A stretch of DNA of 52,675 bases from Desulfobacteraceae bacterium (GTDB lineage Bacteria > Desulfobacterota > Desulfobacteria > Desulfobacterales > JACKCP01): assembly GCA_050253255.1 (NCBI GenBank), contig JBFWJK010000002.1:1-52675 (forward strand). Reading direction: 5' to 3'. Below the pieces are notes generated by a model that ran no database searches, was not told the DNA's origin, and saw nothing but the letters and a program-made list of their open reading frames with translations. This document shows positions 18,310 through 28,831 of this stretch, in pieces. The position numbers and the translations under genes are program-made. Each line of letters begins with the position of its first letter. Position 1 is the first letter of the stretch.

Positions 18310-18366
18310 CTTCCCCCCGAAAAAATGTTTCTGCATATAGAAACACAGAGCCTGACTTTTGTCAAC

Positions 18367-18660
18367 CTAAACCGAACGCTTTATCATGGAGTTTCTGAAA
18401 TAAAGACAAATATCAATACCTACAAGCAAAGCATTCAGGACATAAAGCCAGATAACATTATCATAATGGTAGAAAACCTTATGAAGAACACCTGAAACAT
18501 AACCTGTAAAAATAATAAGCATAAATGCAAGGCTTTTACCTGAATTATCCCTTGAAGTGTACGATTTAGATATACTTGCAGGCCAGGCGCTGCCAAAACA
18601 GACAAGCATGATTATCTCAAAAAAACTCATTTCAAATATCCTTATAAAAAATTTAGTCAC
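18367..18660 (-). CDS. Small 3-TM membrane protein (PQ-loop/SemiSWEET- or LAB_N-like, uncertain)
   Basis: 97-aa ORF with three hydrophobic helices. The loop WPASISKSYTSRDNSGKS resembles a PQ-loop. Divergent from waaA. Confidence 0.4.
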   Translation of the reverse strand: MTKFFIRIFEMSFFEIIMLVCFGSAWPASISKSYTSRDNSGKSLAFMLIIFTGYVSGVLHKVFYHYDNVIWLYVLNALLVGIDICLYFRNSMIKRSV

Positions 18661-18816
18661 AGGCTGAAGACAATAAGCTTTTTTTGTACACCAGCCTCTC
18701 AGATTATCTTTTTCTGCTTTTTATATCCGATTAAAACCAAAAGCAAACACATGATTGCTTGCAGTAATAAAAAAAAATCTGTATGACCTTAAAAAAATAA
18801 AAAACACAGGATCAAT

Positions 18817-20097
18817 ATGAAAATAACCTTTGTAACATACAGATTTCTTTCAGCAATAGCAGGTGAAACCTTAATATTAGTTTCAAGATTTTTAAATCTT
18901 TTCAAAAAAAATGAAATCACGTCTTTTTTCTTTAAGAGAAGCTTTCAAAATATAGTATCTTCACGCCATGGCAGAAAAAAAATCTGGTTTTACGCTTCTT
19001 CAGTTGGCGAAGCAGGCGTCTGTGAAATTCTTATAAAAGAAATTTTAAAACAGAAAAAAAATATTGATTTCCATGTTTCACTCATGACGGATTCAGGCTG
19101 TAAGATCGCACATTCAAACCTTTCCCATCTTGCAGATATTTCCTATTCCCCGATAGACACACCCTTTAATGTTGAAAAAACCTTTAAAATTATTAAACCT
19201 GACCTTTTGTGCATAATAGAAACCGAACTCTGGCCAAACCTGATTTTTGAGGCAAAAAAGAATAAAATTCCTGTAATTATTTCAAATGCAAGGATTTCCA
19301 ACTCATCCTTAAAAAATTATCTCAAGATAAAAGAACTTTCAGAATTTGTATTAAGCCTTGTCGACAGGTTTTATGCCGCATCCTTCAAAGACCGGAAAAA
19401 CCTTCTGCAGCTTTCCTGCGCAAATGAAAAAATATTTGTAACAGGAAATGCCAAATACGATTTTTACATAGATAAAAACAATACTGAAAAGATCAGAAAA
19501 ACTTTCCAGAAAATGCTTGGATTTAATGAAAATGACCTGATTTTTGTCTGCGGAAGCACAAGAGAGGGTGAGGAAGAAATTTTAACCTCAGTATTTAAAA
19601 AACTTAAAAATAATTTTCCGGATCTCAAACTTGTTCTTGTTCCAAGACATCTTTCAAGGCTTGATGAAATAAAAAAAATTTTCATAAAAAAAAATATAGA
19701 CTTCAGATTGAGAACAGAAAATTCAGATAAAAAATCAGATGCGGTCATCATAGATACAATGGGTGAGCTAAAAAAAATTTATACTCTTGCAGATATTGTT
19801 TTTGTCGGGGGAAGCCTCAAAAATTTTGGAGGCCAGAATATTCTCGAGCCTGCTTCCCTTGGAAAGCCTGTAATTTTCGGTAGATACATGGACGATTTCA
19901 AGGAAATTTCACAAATTATTTTAAGTGAAAAAGGAGGGTTTCAGGTTTCTGAAGCGGATATATACGATGTAATAAGAAATCTTCTTGAGGATAATGACCT
20001 GAGAAAAACAACCGGACTCAATGCTTTTTACGCAGTTGAAAAACACAGAGGAGCTGCAAAAAAGCAGGCTGAAGAAATTTTAAAAGCTCTTGGTTGA
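18817..20097 (+). CDS. waaA: 3-deoxy-D-manno-octulosonic acid (Kdo) transferase
   Basis: N-terminal membrane anchor, ASSVGEAGV motif, and C-terminal GT-B segments (VFVGGSL..GGQNILEPA..GKPVIFG). Confidence 0.85.
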   Translation: MKITFVTYRFLSAIAGETLILVSRFLNLFKKNEITSFFFKRSFQNIVSSRHGRKKIWFYASSVGEAGVCEILIKEILKQKKNIDFHVSLMTDSGCKIAHSNLSHLADISYSPIDTPFNVEKTFKIIKPDLLCIIETELWPNLIFEAKKNKIPVIISNARISNSSLKNYLKIKELSEFVLSLVDRFYAASFKDRKNLLQLSCANEKIFVTGNAKYDFYIDKNNTEKIRKTFQKMLGFNENDLIFVCGSTREGEEEILTSVFKKLKNNFPDLKLVLVPRHLSRLDEIKKIFIKKNIDFRLRTENSDKKSDAVIIDTMGELKKIYTLADIVFVGGSLKNFGGQNILEPASLGKPVIFGRYMDDFKEISQIILSEKGGFQVSEADIYDVIRNLLEDNDLRKTTGLNAFYAVEKHRGAAKKQAEEILKALG

Positions 20098-20100
20098 TAT

Positions 20101-20832
20101 TTAAATTAGCTTTAAGATCAGTTCCTTCAACTCACTTAAAACAAAGTTGTAATGATCTATTGTTTCATCCTCACTCATTTTATAAGTGGTCAGAGAATGA
20201 CCTGCATTTTCAACCAAATAAAGACTGCATTTATCACCCAGCTTATCACATATTTTTAAGAGAAGTTCTTTTCTGCACAAGGGATCTCTTGTACCACTTG
20301 CAAAAATTACAGGGCAGTTAATAAGACCAAGAGATTCGTCTTTTGCCTTTTCAGGCCTTCCGGGCGGATGCAGGGGATATCCTAAAAAAACCATAAGGTC
20401 AGGTTCAAAATACCCTGATGCAGTAATTTCAGCAGCAATTCTTCCACCAAGGGACTTTCCTGCAGCTATCATTTTTTTAGATGGAAACGCTTTGTTGTTT
20501 CTCATGTAATTATAGGCTTCGATCCAGGCTTTTTTAAGAATTTTTGGAGAATCAGGTGATGTTTTATTTGCATATCTGTAAGGGAAATTAAATCTGAGAA
20601 CAGGAATTCCTGCTTCACCCAGTACTGAACAAAAACCTTTCAAAAGATAATTATCCATATCATTGTTTGCACCATGGGCTATCACACCTGAAATTTCTGC
20701 GGGATTTTCAGGGATTGTTAAAATTCCGTTAAAAATTTTCCCGTTTTCCATATTAAATTTAACTTCTTTTTCAATCATATGAAAATCTGATCCATAAAGT
20801 TTGATATTTAACTTTTTTGTATTATTATACAC
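20101..20832 (-). CDS. Alpha/beta-fold hydrolase (KANL3/Tex30-, dienelactone-hydrolase-like)
   Basis: Nucleophile elbow GKSLGGRIA, and a C-terminal GTRDP ... GHS arrangement that fits an Asp/His pair. The start may lie at an internal Met. Confidence 0.7.
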   Translation of the reverse strand: MYNNTKKLNIKLYGSDFHMIEKEVKFNMENGKIFNGILTIPENPAEISGVIAHGANNDMDNYLLKGFCSVLGEAGIPVLRFNFPYRYANKTSPDSPKILKKAWIEAYNYMRNNKAFPSKKMIAAGKSLGGRIAAEITASGYFEPDLMVFLGYPLHPPGRPEKAKDESLGLINCPVIFASGTRDPLCRKELLLKICDKLGDKCSLYLVENAGHSLTTYKMSEDETIDHYNFVLSELKELILKLI

Positions 20833-20912
20833 ACAAAGAATTATTGAAAAAGAAAAAATTTAGACCATATCCTATCAACAACACTATTTTGCCGACGGAG
20901 GTATGAAACCCC

Positions 20913-21311
20913 ATGGAAAAAAAATTTGAATTTGTCAAATCCTGCATAATCGAAATGGGTTTTGACATTCTTTCTGAAGACCAGAACGAAGAATTAATAG
21001 TCATATCTGATGAGGAAAGCTCAATTTCAAACCTTGTAATTGACTGCGAGGATCCCATTCTTGTAATGGAACAGGTTATAATGAGCGTACCCCAAAATAA
21101 CAGAAACGAACTTTTTAAGAGACTTCTTCAGATGAACAGGGAAATTGTCCACGGAGCCTTTGCTCTTAATACAGATGAAAGCCTTATAGTTTTCAGAGAT
21201 ACTCTTCAGCTTGAAAACATTGACAGAAATGAAATTGAAGGATCGATAAGATCCCTTGAACTCGCTCTTTCGGAATACGGTGAAGAGCTTATTGAATTCT
21301 CAAAAAACTAA
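20913..21311 (+). CDS. YjfI/YbjN-like (DUF2170-type) protein
   Basis: 132 aa. Its length and pattern (EELIVISDEESSISNLVIDCEDPILVMEQVIM ... SLIVFRDTLQLENIDRNEIEGSI) resemble E. coli YjfI, the gene that precedes the PspA paralog yjfJ. Confidence 0.55.
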   Translation: MEKKFEFVKSCIIEMGFDILSEDQNEELIVISDEESSISNLVIDCEDPILVMEQVIMSVPQNNRNELFKRLLQMNREIVHGAFALNTDESLIVFRDTLQLENIDRNEIEGSIRSLELALSEYGEELIEFSKN

Positions 21312-21333
21312 TTTTTACAGGGAGTAAAAAACA

Positions 21334-22041
21334 ATGTCACTTTTCAAACGCATTTTTAAAATAGGTCAGGCAGAAGCTCATTCAGCCATAGATAAGCTTG
21401 AAGATCCCGTAAAAATGACTGAACAGGGAATAAGAGACTTGAAAAACGACCTCCAGGCTGCAATGGAAACCCTTGCACAGGTTAAGGCCATAGCAATAAG
21501 GACCAGAAGGGATTCAGACAATAAGAAAAAACTTGCCGCTGATTATGAAAGAAAGGCAATGCTTCTTCTTCAGAAAGCTCAGTCAGGCGAGCTCGATACA
21601 GCAGATGCAGAAAGACTTGCCACTGAAGCTCTTTCTCAAAAGGAAAACCTTGCCGGTGAAGCAGTAAGTCTTTCGGAGCAGGCGGCTGCCCATGAATCAA
21701 GAGCTTCACAGCTTCAGGACAATGTAAATAAAATAAAATCTACAATTACAAAATATGAAAATGAGCTTATAACACTCAAGGCAAGATCAAAAACAGCTCA
21801 GGCAACTGCAAAGATAAACAAGCAGCTCTCAAAAATTGATTCGTCCGGAACAATCTCAATGCTTGAGAAAATGAAAGCAAAGGTTGAAGAGCAGGAAGCA
21901 CTTTCACAGGCTTACGGAGAGGTTGCAAATACAGAAAAATCTGTTGATGATGAAATAAATGCCGTTCTTGCTTCTTCATCAAAACCTTCGCAGAGCGATT
22001 CACTTCTTGAACTTAAAAAGAAAATGGGACTTTTAAACTGA
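21334..22041 (+). CDS. PspA/IM30-family protein
   Basis: N-terminus MSLFKRIFKIGQAEAHSAIDKLEDPVKMTEQGIRDLKNDL and a long coiled-coil that is typical of the PspA/Vipp1/YjfJ family. Confidence 0.85.
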   Translation: MSLFKRIFKIGQAEAHSAIDKLEDPVKMTEQGIRDLKNDLQAAMETLAQVKAIAIRTRRDSDNKKKLAADYERKAMLLLQKAQSGELDTADAERLATEALSQKENLAGEAVSLSEQAAAHESRASQLQDNVNKIKSTITKYENELITLKARSKTAQATAKINKQLSKIDSSGTISMLEKMKAKVEEQEALSQAYGEVANTEKSVDDEINAVLASSSKPSQSDSLLELKKKMGLLN

Positions 22042-22047
22042 TAATTC

Positions 22048-22073
22048 AAGCCTTCCGTATACGGAAGGCTTTT
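22048..22073 (+). terminator. Hairpin after the pspA-like gene (weak terminator or attenuator)
   Basis: AAGCCTTCCG-TATA-CGGAAGGCTT is a perfect 10-bp stem followed by only TT, so termination is probably partial. Confidence 0.4.
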
Positions 22074-22090
22074 AAACAGGAAAGATAAAT

Positions 22091-22621
22091 ATGGGCTTTT
22101 TTGATTTTTTTAAAAAAAAGAAAAAAGACAGGTCAGATATTGGAATAAAAGATCTGTTACCCGGGGACATGGTCGATTTTGACATGAAAACCTGGGAAGT
22201 CAAAGCAAGGCACAAATATGACTATGATGGTGAAACAATATACGAATGGCAGCTTAAATCAAGCGATGACAATATTTTTCTTGAAATAGACGATGATGAA
22301 TCAAACAGTCTCATAATAAGCAGAAAAATACCAAATTCATTTATTGACCAGTCTGTATTCAATGAAATTTCCAATTCAGATGATGCACCTGAAGAAATTG
22401 AAGTTGAAACCAAAAAATATTACCTTGAAGAAGTGTCCTCAGGATATTTTTTTGAAAACTCTTCTTCGCAGGAGCAGCCGTTTATAGCCTATGATTATTC
22501 TTCAGCTGACGGAGACAGTTTCATAACAATAGAACAATGGGGTGAAAGAAGTTTCGAAGTATGCAAAGGCTGCAGCGTTTTTGAATACCAGTTCACAAAC
22601 TTTCTTCCGGGACCAGGTTGA
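22091..22621 (+). CDS. DUF4178-like protein
   Basis: The segment GDMVDFDMKTWEVKARHKYDYDGETIYEWQLKSSDDNIFLEIDDDE matches the DUF4178 pattern that often accompanies PspA genes. Confidence 0.6.
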   Translation: MGFFDFFKKKKKDRSDIGIKDLLPGDMVDFDMKTWEVKARHKYDYDGETIYEWQLKSSDDNIFLEIDDDESNSLIISRKIPNSFIDQSVFNEISNSDDAPEEIEVETKKYYLEEVSSGYFFENSSSQEQPFIAYDYSSADGDSFITIEQWGERSFEVCKGCSVFEYQFTNFLPGPG

Positions 22622-22628
22622 TTTCTGC

Positions 22629-23153
22629 ATGGAACTCATAGAAATAATTGACAAAAATCACAAACCGACCGGTATGGTAAAGTCAAGGGATGAAGTTCAT
22701 CGCAAAGGCTATATACATAAAACGGTTCATGTATGGGTTGTAAGCCCGGACAATCAGATTCTCATCCAGAAAAGAGCAAAAACAAAGCTTACCCACCCCG
22801 AAATGTGGGATGTTTCATGCGCCGGACATGTAAGTGCGGGTGACACATCCCTTGAAACAGCAGTAAAAGAACTGTATGAAGAAACAGGAATTAAGGCTTC
22901 CCCTTCTAAATTTCAGTTTATTACCTCCATTGAAAAAAAATACTTTTCTTCCAGTATAAAGGACCATGAAATTTATGATGTTTTTCTTTTAAGGATGAAA
23001 GTAAACATATCAGAACTCAAAAATGACCCCCTTGAGGTTGAAGAATTAAAACTTATGGATGCAAAAACTTTTTTTCTATCTGCAAAAAGCAGCAGGAATT
23101 TTATTTACAATAAAGAAGAATATAAAATTATGGAAAAAATCCTTTTACAATAA
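22629..23153 (+). CDS. NUDIX hydrolase (IPP-isomerase-like subfamily)
   Basis: Nudix box GHVSAGDTSLETAVKELYEETGI. I use the internal ATG at 22629 (MELIEIIDKNHKPTG), which avoids the 80-nt overlap of the track ORF with the DUF4178 gene. Confidence 0.8.
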   Translation: MELIEIIDKNHKPTGMVKSRDEVHRKGYIHKTVHVWVVSPDNQILIQKRAKTKLTHPEMWDVSCAGHVSAGDTSLETAVKELYEETGIKASPSKFQFITSIEKKYFSSSIKDHEIYDVFLLRMKVNISELKNDPLEVEELKLMDAKTFFLSAKSSRNFIYNKEEYKIMEKILLQ

Positions 23154-23423
23154 CCTGTCAATTTTCATTTTCAAACAAAACCCACATCTAAAATAATCTT
23201 TATTTTTAACTGGTTAACCATCTGGTTTGACCTCTTAACGATTTTTAAAGGTTCAATTTATTACAATTTGTTCTTAACTGAAAATAATCATTGAACTAAA
23301 TATAATTTTAATTTATACCTTTTTAAAATAATGCGCCAAGACCATTTTTTTCAGCTTAGTACTGGAATAATTTCAGGATTAAAAATTTTTAAAAAACAGG
23401 CGGTTTTAATTTTGTCTCTATGA

Positions 23424-24458
<1,035 letters not shown>

Positions 24459-24473
24459 AATTTGAGGTTTAAA

Positions 24474-25670
24474 ATGGACAAACTTTTTATTGAAGATCTT
24501 GAACTTGATAATAAAAAGGTGATTGTAAGGGTTGATTTCAATGTTCCTTTGAAAGATTCAAAGATTTTAAACGACAAAAGAATAAGAGCTGCACTTCCTA
24601 CCATCAATTATATCTTAAGTAAAAATGCCTCTCTTGTACTGATGTCTCATCTTGGAAGGCCAAAGGGTAAAATTGTTCCTGAGCTAAGTCTTAAGCCGGT
24701 TGCAGATCATCTCGGAGTACTCATAAATAAAAAAGTTAAATTTATTGATGACTGCATTGGAGAAAAGGTAAAAAAAGAGATTGAGGACTTAAAGGCAGGA
24801 GAAATACTTGTTCTTGAAAATCTGAGATTTAAAAAAGAAGAAACTGAAAACAATCCTGATTTTGCAAAAGAACTTGCTTCCCTTGCAGATATTTATGTAA
24901 ATGATGCTTTTGGTACAGCCCACAGAGCACATGCTTCTACTGAGGGGATAACAAAATTTATCGGGAAAGCTTCATGCGGATATCTTCTTAAAAAAGAAAT
25001 AGATTATCTGAAAACTGCCCTGGAAAATCCCAAAAGGCCTTTTACCGCAATAATCGGCGGAGCAAAAATCTCGGGTAAAATTGATGTTATAGACTCTCTT
25101 CTTCCAAAGGTAGACCATCTTTTAATCGGCGGAGGCATGGCATCAACTTTTCTTAAAGCCAAAGGACTTGAAACCGGGCGTTCCCTTATTGAAGAAGACA
25201 AGGTTTTGCTTGCAAAGGAACTTCTTTCAAAGGCAGGTGATAAAATAATTCTGCCAGATGATCTTATTGTAACTGATGTACTGGACTTTGATGCAGGGGT
25301 TATAGGCAGAATAAAGCATGTAGAAAACAGCCAGATACCAAAGGAAATGATGGCTGTGGATATAGGCCCCGGTTCTGTAAAAAAATTTTCCGATATAATA
25401 AAAAAATCAGGTACAATTGTCTGGAACGGTCCCATGGGAGTTTTTGAAATTGATGAGCTTTCCAAAGGTACTTTTCAGATCGCCCAGTCAATGGCCGATG
25501 CTTCGGCAAAAGGGAGTATTACAATAATCGGGGGAGGTGATTCAGCCTCTGCAATCGAGCAGGCAGGACTTTCCGATAAAGTTTCCCATGTTTCAACCGG
25601 AGGCGGAGCCTCTTTAGAATTCCTTGAAGGTAAAAAACTTCCAGGCCTGGAAGCTTTATCTGACAAATAA
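24474..25670 (+). CDS. pgk: Phosphoglycerate kinase
   Basis: VRVDFNVPL, SHLGRPKG, NDAFGTAHRAHAST, and GGGDS..STGGGASLE. The ATG at 24474 follows a GAGG Shine-Dalgarno sequence. The track start at 24462 is a TTG. Confidence 0.95.
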   Translation: MDKLFIEDLELDNKKVIVRVDFNVPLKDSKILNDKRIRAALPTINYILSKNASLVLMSHLGRPKGKIVPELSLKPVADHLGVLINKKVKFIDDCIGEKVKKEIEDLKAGEILVLENLRFKKEETENNPDFAKELASLADIYVNDAFGTAHRAHASTEGITKFIGKASCGYLLKKEIDYLKTALENPKRPFTAIIGGAKISGKIDVIDSLLPKVDHLLIGGGMASTFLKAKGLETGRSLIEEDKVLLAKELLSKAGDKIILPDDLIVTDVLDFDAGVIGRIKHVENSQIPKEMMAVDIGPGSVKKFSDIIKKSGTIVWNGPMGVFEIDELSKGTFQIAQSMADASAKGSITIIGGGDSASAIEQAGLSDKVSHVSTGGGASLEFLEGKKLPGLEALSDK

Positions 25671-25759
25671 ATATTAAAATCTGATTTTTTTGTTTGGTGA
25701 AAAACTTCACTGAACAAAAAAATCGGTTTGTTTTTTCTTATTTTATCCGGAGTATTTCA

Positions 25760-27160
25760 ATGAATAAAACAAAAATTGTCTGCACAATAGGTCCGGCAAG
25801 CAGCACCCCTGAAATAATAAAAGAACTTATAAAATCAGGGATGAACGTTGCAAGACTTAATTTTTCCCATGGAAGTCATGAAGATCACAAAAAAACCTTT
25901 GATCTCATAAGACAGATTTCTGATGAGCTTGACATCCCTGTTGCAGTTCTTCAGGACCTGAGCGGTCCTAAAATAAGAACAGGAAAAGTTGAGGGAAACG
26001 GGATTGAACTTATACCCGGAAAAGAACTTGTTCTTACAACAGATGAAGTAATTGGAAGCGGAAAAAAGGTTTCGGTCTCATACAAAAAACTTCCTCAGGA
26101 TGTAAAAATAAATGAACTGATTCTTCTTGCAGACGGACTGATGGAAATCAGGGTAAAGGAAATAAAAGGGAACGATATAACCTGTATTGTTGAATCCGGT
26201 GGACTGCTTACATCCAATAAAGGGATAAATCTTCCCGGAACAAGCTTAAACATTCCGGCTCTGACACAAAAGGACAGGACAGATTTAGAATTCGGTCTTT
26301 CCATAGGAGTTGATTTTGTAGCACTTTCATTTGTCAGAAGCGCCGGAGACATAGAAGAAATCAAGGAAATAATCGGATCTTTCGGCAGGACAACTCCTGT
26401 AATTGCAAAAATTGAAAAACACGAGGCAATTGAGCATTTTGATGAAATTCTTGATAAAGCTGACGGAATTATGGTTGCCAGAGGAGATCTTGGTGTTGAG
26501 GTTCCGCTTGAAAATGTTCCGATTTACCAGAAAATGCTTGTAAACAAATCCGTAAAAGCCGGAAAGCCTGTAATTATAGCAACCCAGATGCTGAGTTCCA
26601 TGGTGAGCTCGCCAAGACCTACAAGAGCTGAGGCAACAGATATTGCAAATGCAGTTCTTGACGGTACAGATGCACTCATGCTTTCTGAAGAAACAGCAAG
26701 CGGAAATCACCCTGTGGAAGCTGTGAAATACATGAGAAAAATTGCAGATAATGCTGAAAAGGAATATCCATATCCAAAATTCAAGTTTCAGCCGGATTCA
26801 GAAGCATCAAGAGCTGTTCCTTATGCTGCATGCGTTCTTTCAAGTTTTACAAATGCATCTGCCATAGTTGCACCTACAAGATCAGGATATACTGCCGCAC
26901 AGATTTCAAGGTTCAGACCTGAAAGCAGAATAATCGCTCTCTCCCCGCTTAAAGAATCAATAAGAAAACTTTGTCTTTACTGGGGATGCATTCCAAAAAT
27001 ATTCGGAGACCCAAAAGACACAGACGAAATGCTTGATCAGGGAGCAAAGGCCGCACTGGAATCCCGGCTTGTAAAAAAAGGCGAAACAATTATAATAACA
27101 GCAGGACATCCTGTCTGGGTCTCAGGAACAACAAACATGCTTAAAGTCAAGGAACTTTAA
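25760..27160 (+). CDS. pyk: Pyruvate kinase
   Basis: MNKTKIVCTIGPAS, NVARLNFSHG, MVARGDLGVE, and ATQMLSSM. I use the start at the internal ATG 25760. Confidence 0.93.
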   Translation: MNKTKIVCTIGPASSTPEIIKELIKSGMNVARLNFSHGSHEDHKKTFDLIRQISDELDIPVAVLQDLSGPKIRTGKVEGNGIELIPGKELVLTTDEVIGSGKKVSVSYKKLPQDVKINELILLADGLMEIRVKEIKGNDITCIVESGGLLTSNKGINLPGTSLNIPALTQKDRTDLEFGLSIGVDFVALSFVRSAGDIEEIKEIIGSFGRTTPVIAKIEKHEAIEHFDEILDKADGIMVARGDLGVEVPLENVPIYQKMLVNKSVKAGKPVIIATQMLSSMVSSPRPTRAEATDIANAVLDGTDALMLSEETASGNHPVEAVKYMRKIADNAEKEYPYPKFKFQPDSEASRAVPYAACVLSSFTNASAIVAPTRSGYTAAQISRFRPESRIIALSPLKESIRKLCLYWGCIPKIFGDPKDTDEMLDQGAKAALESRLVKKGETIIITAGHPVWVSGTTNMLKVKEL

Positions 27161-27165
27161 AAAAT

Positions 27166-27660
27166 ATGGAATATAAAAAATCTGCCTTTCCTGAAAAAAA
27201 GAAAATTGCACTTATAGCCCATGATGCAAAAAAAGATGAAATGATATCATGGGTAAAGTCCAACAGGAAAATTCTTCTCGAGAATGAGCTGTATGCAACC
27301 GGTACCACCGGAGGGATAATCGAAAAAGAGCTCGGAATTAAAATCAGAAGAATGCAGAGCGGCCCTCTTGGAGGAGACCTGCAGATTGGTGCTCTGATAT
27401 CTGAACAGAAAATAGATATACTGGTTTTTTTCTGGGATCCGCTTGAAGCCCAGCCCCACGAACCAGATATAAGAGCACTTCTTCGACTTGCTGTTTTATG
27501 GAATATCCCTGCGGCAACAAACACAGCTACAGCCGACTTTATATTCTCCTCTCCACTTTTCAGCGGGAAATATACAAGAATAGTCCCGGACTATGAGACT
27601 TATCAGAAAAACAGAGAAGCAAAGATTGAAGAATGCATTAAAATGTGTGCAAAAAGCTGA
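27166..27660 (+). CDS. mgsA: Methylglyoxal synthase
   Basis: ALIAHDAKKDEM, LYATGTTGG, GPLGGDLQIGALI and DPLEAQPHEPDI motifs. Starts 5 nt after pyk. Confidence 0.9.
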   Translation: MEYKKSAFPEKKKIALIAHDAKKDEMISWVKSNRKILLENELYATGTTGGIIEKELGIKIRRMQSGPLGGDLQIGALISEQKIDILVFFWDPLEAQPHEPDIRALLRLAVLWNIPAATNTATADFIFSSPLFSGKYTRIVPDYETYQKNREAKIEECIKMCAKS

Positions 27661-27885
27661 TAAATTTCCCCGCCATTTATCCTGCCTGGTAAATAAAATT
27701 CTGGGGAAACATTAAAATTTAACAACCGGCAAAATTTTATCCAGAAGTTTATATATAAAAAAATTTCAATTAGTTATAAGCTGAATTAAAATTTATTTTT
27801 CTAAAAATAAATTTTTTTATTGTTTGAAGGATTTATTTGTATAATTATTGCCATGAATTTTTATGAGAAATCTAAGGAGAGTTTT

Positions 27886-28746
27886 ATGGCAAAGATAGGT
27901 TTTGTAACTGATTCAACAGCAGATTTTCCACATGGTCTTGATAAGCAGAATAATATCCATATCATGCCTGTGCATGTGGTAGTTGATTCAAAAGATTATC
28001 TTGACGGAAAAGAAATTTCAAACGAACAGGTGATTGAAAAAATGAAAAACAATCATCATGTCTTTACAAGACCGGCTGCTCCTGCCGAATATGCTGATTT
28101 TTACGAAAAACTTCTTGAAAAATATGATTATATCCTGTCTTTCCAGGTTGCTTCAAACCTTTCTGAATGCTTTCAGAGTGCAAAAAGTTCTCTAAACCTC
28201 CTTCCCCCGGAATCGTCAAAAAAAATTAAAATTATTGATACAAGATCCACAAGCATCGGCCAGGGAATGTATGTATTGAAAGCCATAGAGACCATAAAAA
28301 AAGACAAGACTGTCGAGGATCTTGAAAACAAGGTAAATCTGATAATGGGAACCAATATAAATAATTTCACAGTCGACTCTCTGATCTGGCTCAAAAAAAG
28401 CGGTAAGATAGGTACTCTCGGAGCTGCTTTCGGAAATATGCTGGATATAAAACCTCTTATTGTTTTAAAGGATTCACAGCTGAAACCCCTTGGAAATATC
28501 AGGGGCAAAAAAAATGTTTTGAACGAAATGGCGTCATATGCCGGCAAGACAAAGAAAAAAACAGGATTTGACTATGATGTATGGGTTGCCCACTGCGATG
28601 CTGTTGATGATGCAAAATATCTTTGTGAAAAACTTGCAGCAAACCTTGGAATGGATGAAAAAGAAATAAGGATTGCAAAAGCCGGGGCAGCAATTTCTGT
28701 TCAGACAGGCCCCGGAAGCATAGCCTGGGGTATGGTAAAAAAATAA
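27886..28746 (+). CDS. DegV-family fatty-acid-binding protein
   Basis: MAKIGFVTDSTADFP and the C-terminal AAISVQTGPGS are typical of DegV. The ATG at 27886 follows an AAGGAGAG Shine-Dalgarno sequence. Confidence 0.85.
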   Translation: MAKIGFVTDSTADFPHGLDKQNNIHIMPVHVVVDSKDYLDGKEISNEQVIEKMKNNHHVFTRPAAPAEYADFYEKLLEKYDYILSFQVASNLSECFQSAKSSLNLLPPESSKKIKIIDTRSTSIGQGMYVLKAIETIKKDKTVEDLENKVNLIMGTNINNFTVDSLIWLKKSGKIGTLGAAFGNMLDIKPLIVLKDSQLKPLGNIRGKKNVLNEMASYAGKTKKKTGFDYDVWVAHCDAVDDAKYLCEKLAANLGMDEKEIRIAKAGAAISVQTGPGSIAWGMVKK

Positions 28747-28831
28747 CCGATTATTTTTCCGGACCAATTGTTTTGAGGCTCCGGAAAACTTAAACCTGAA
28801 GATAAACTTTATAAAAGGTCCGGATGTTTTT

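Noticed and set aside
20833-21333. Sigma54 (TGGCAC-N5-TTGC) promoter upstream of the PspA module, as in the E. coli psp operon.
   Set aside because: No such element is visible in the spacer upstream of 20913 or before 21334.
22542-22628. The track start of the NUDIX ORF overlaps the DUF4178 gene by 80 nt.
   Set aside because: The overlapping part (MKEVSKYAKAAAFLNTSSQ...) lies out of frame within the DUF4178 coding sequence. The ATG at 22629 begins the conserved NUDIX N-terminus.
25694-25759. Upstream extensions of pyk (25694), pgk (24462, a TTG) and DegV (27820) as listed in the ORF track.
   Set aside because: In each case an internal ATG preceded by a Shine-Dalgarno-like sequence starts exactly at the conserved family N-terminus (MNKTKIVCTIGP, MDKLFIEDL, MAKIGFVTDST).
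28755-28788. Hairpin TTTTCCGGA-N16-TCCGGAAAA between the convergent DegV and thioesterase genes, considered as a terminator.
   Set aside because: It has a 9-bp stem but a 16-nt loop and no T-run beyond the stem on either strand. That is too weak to list as a feature.
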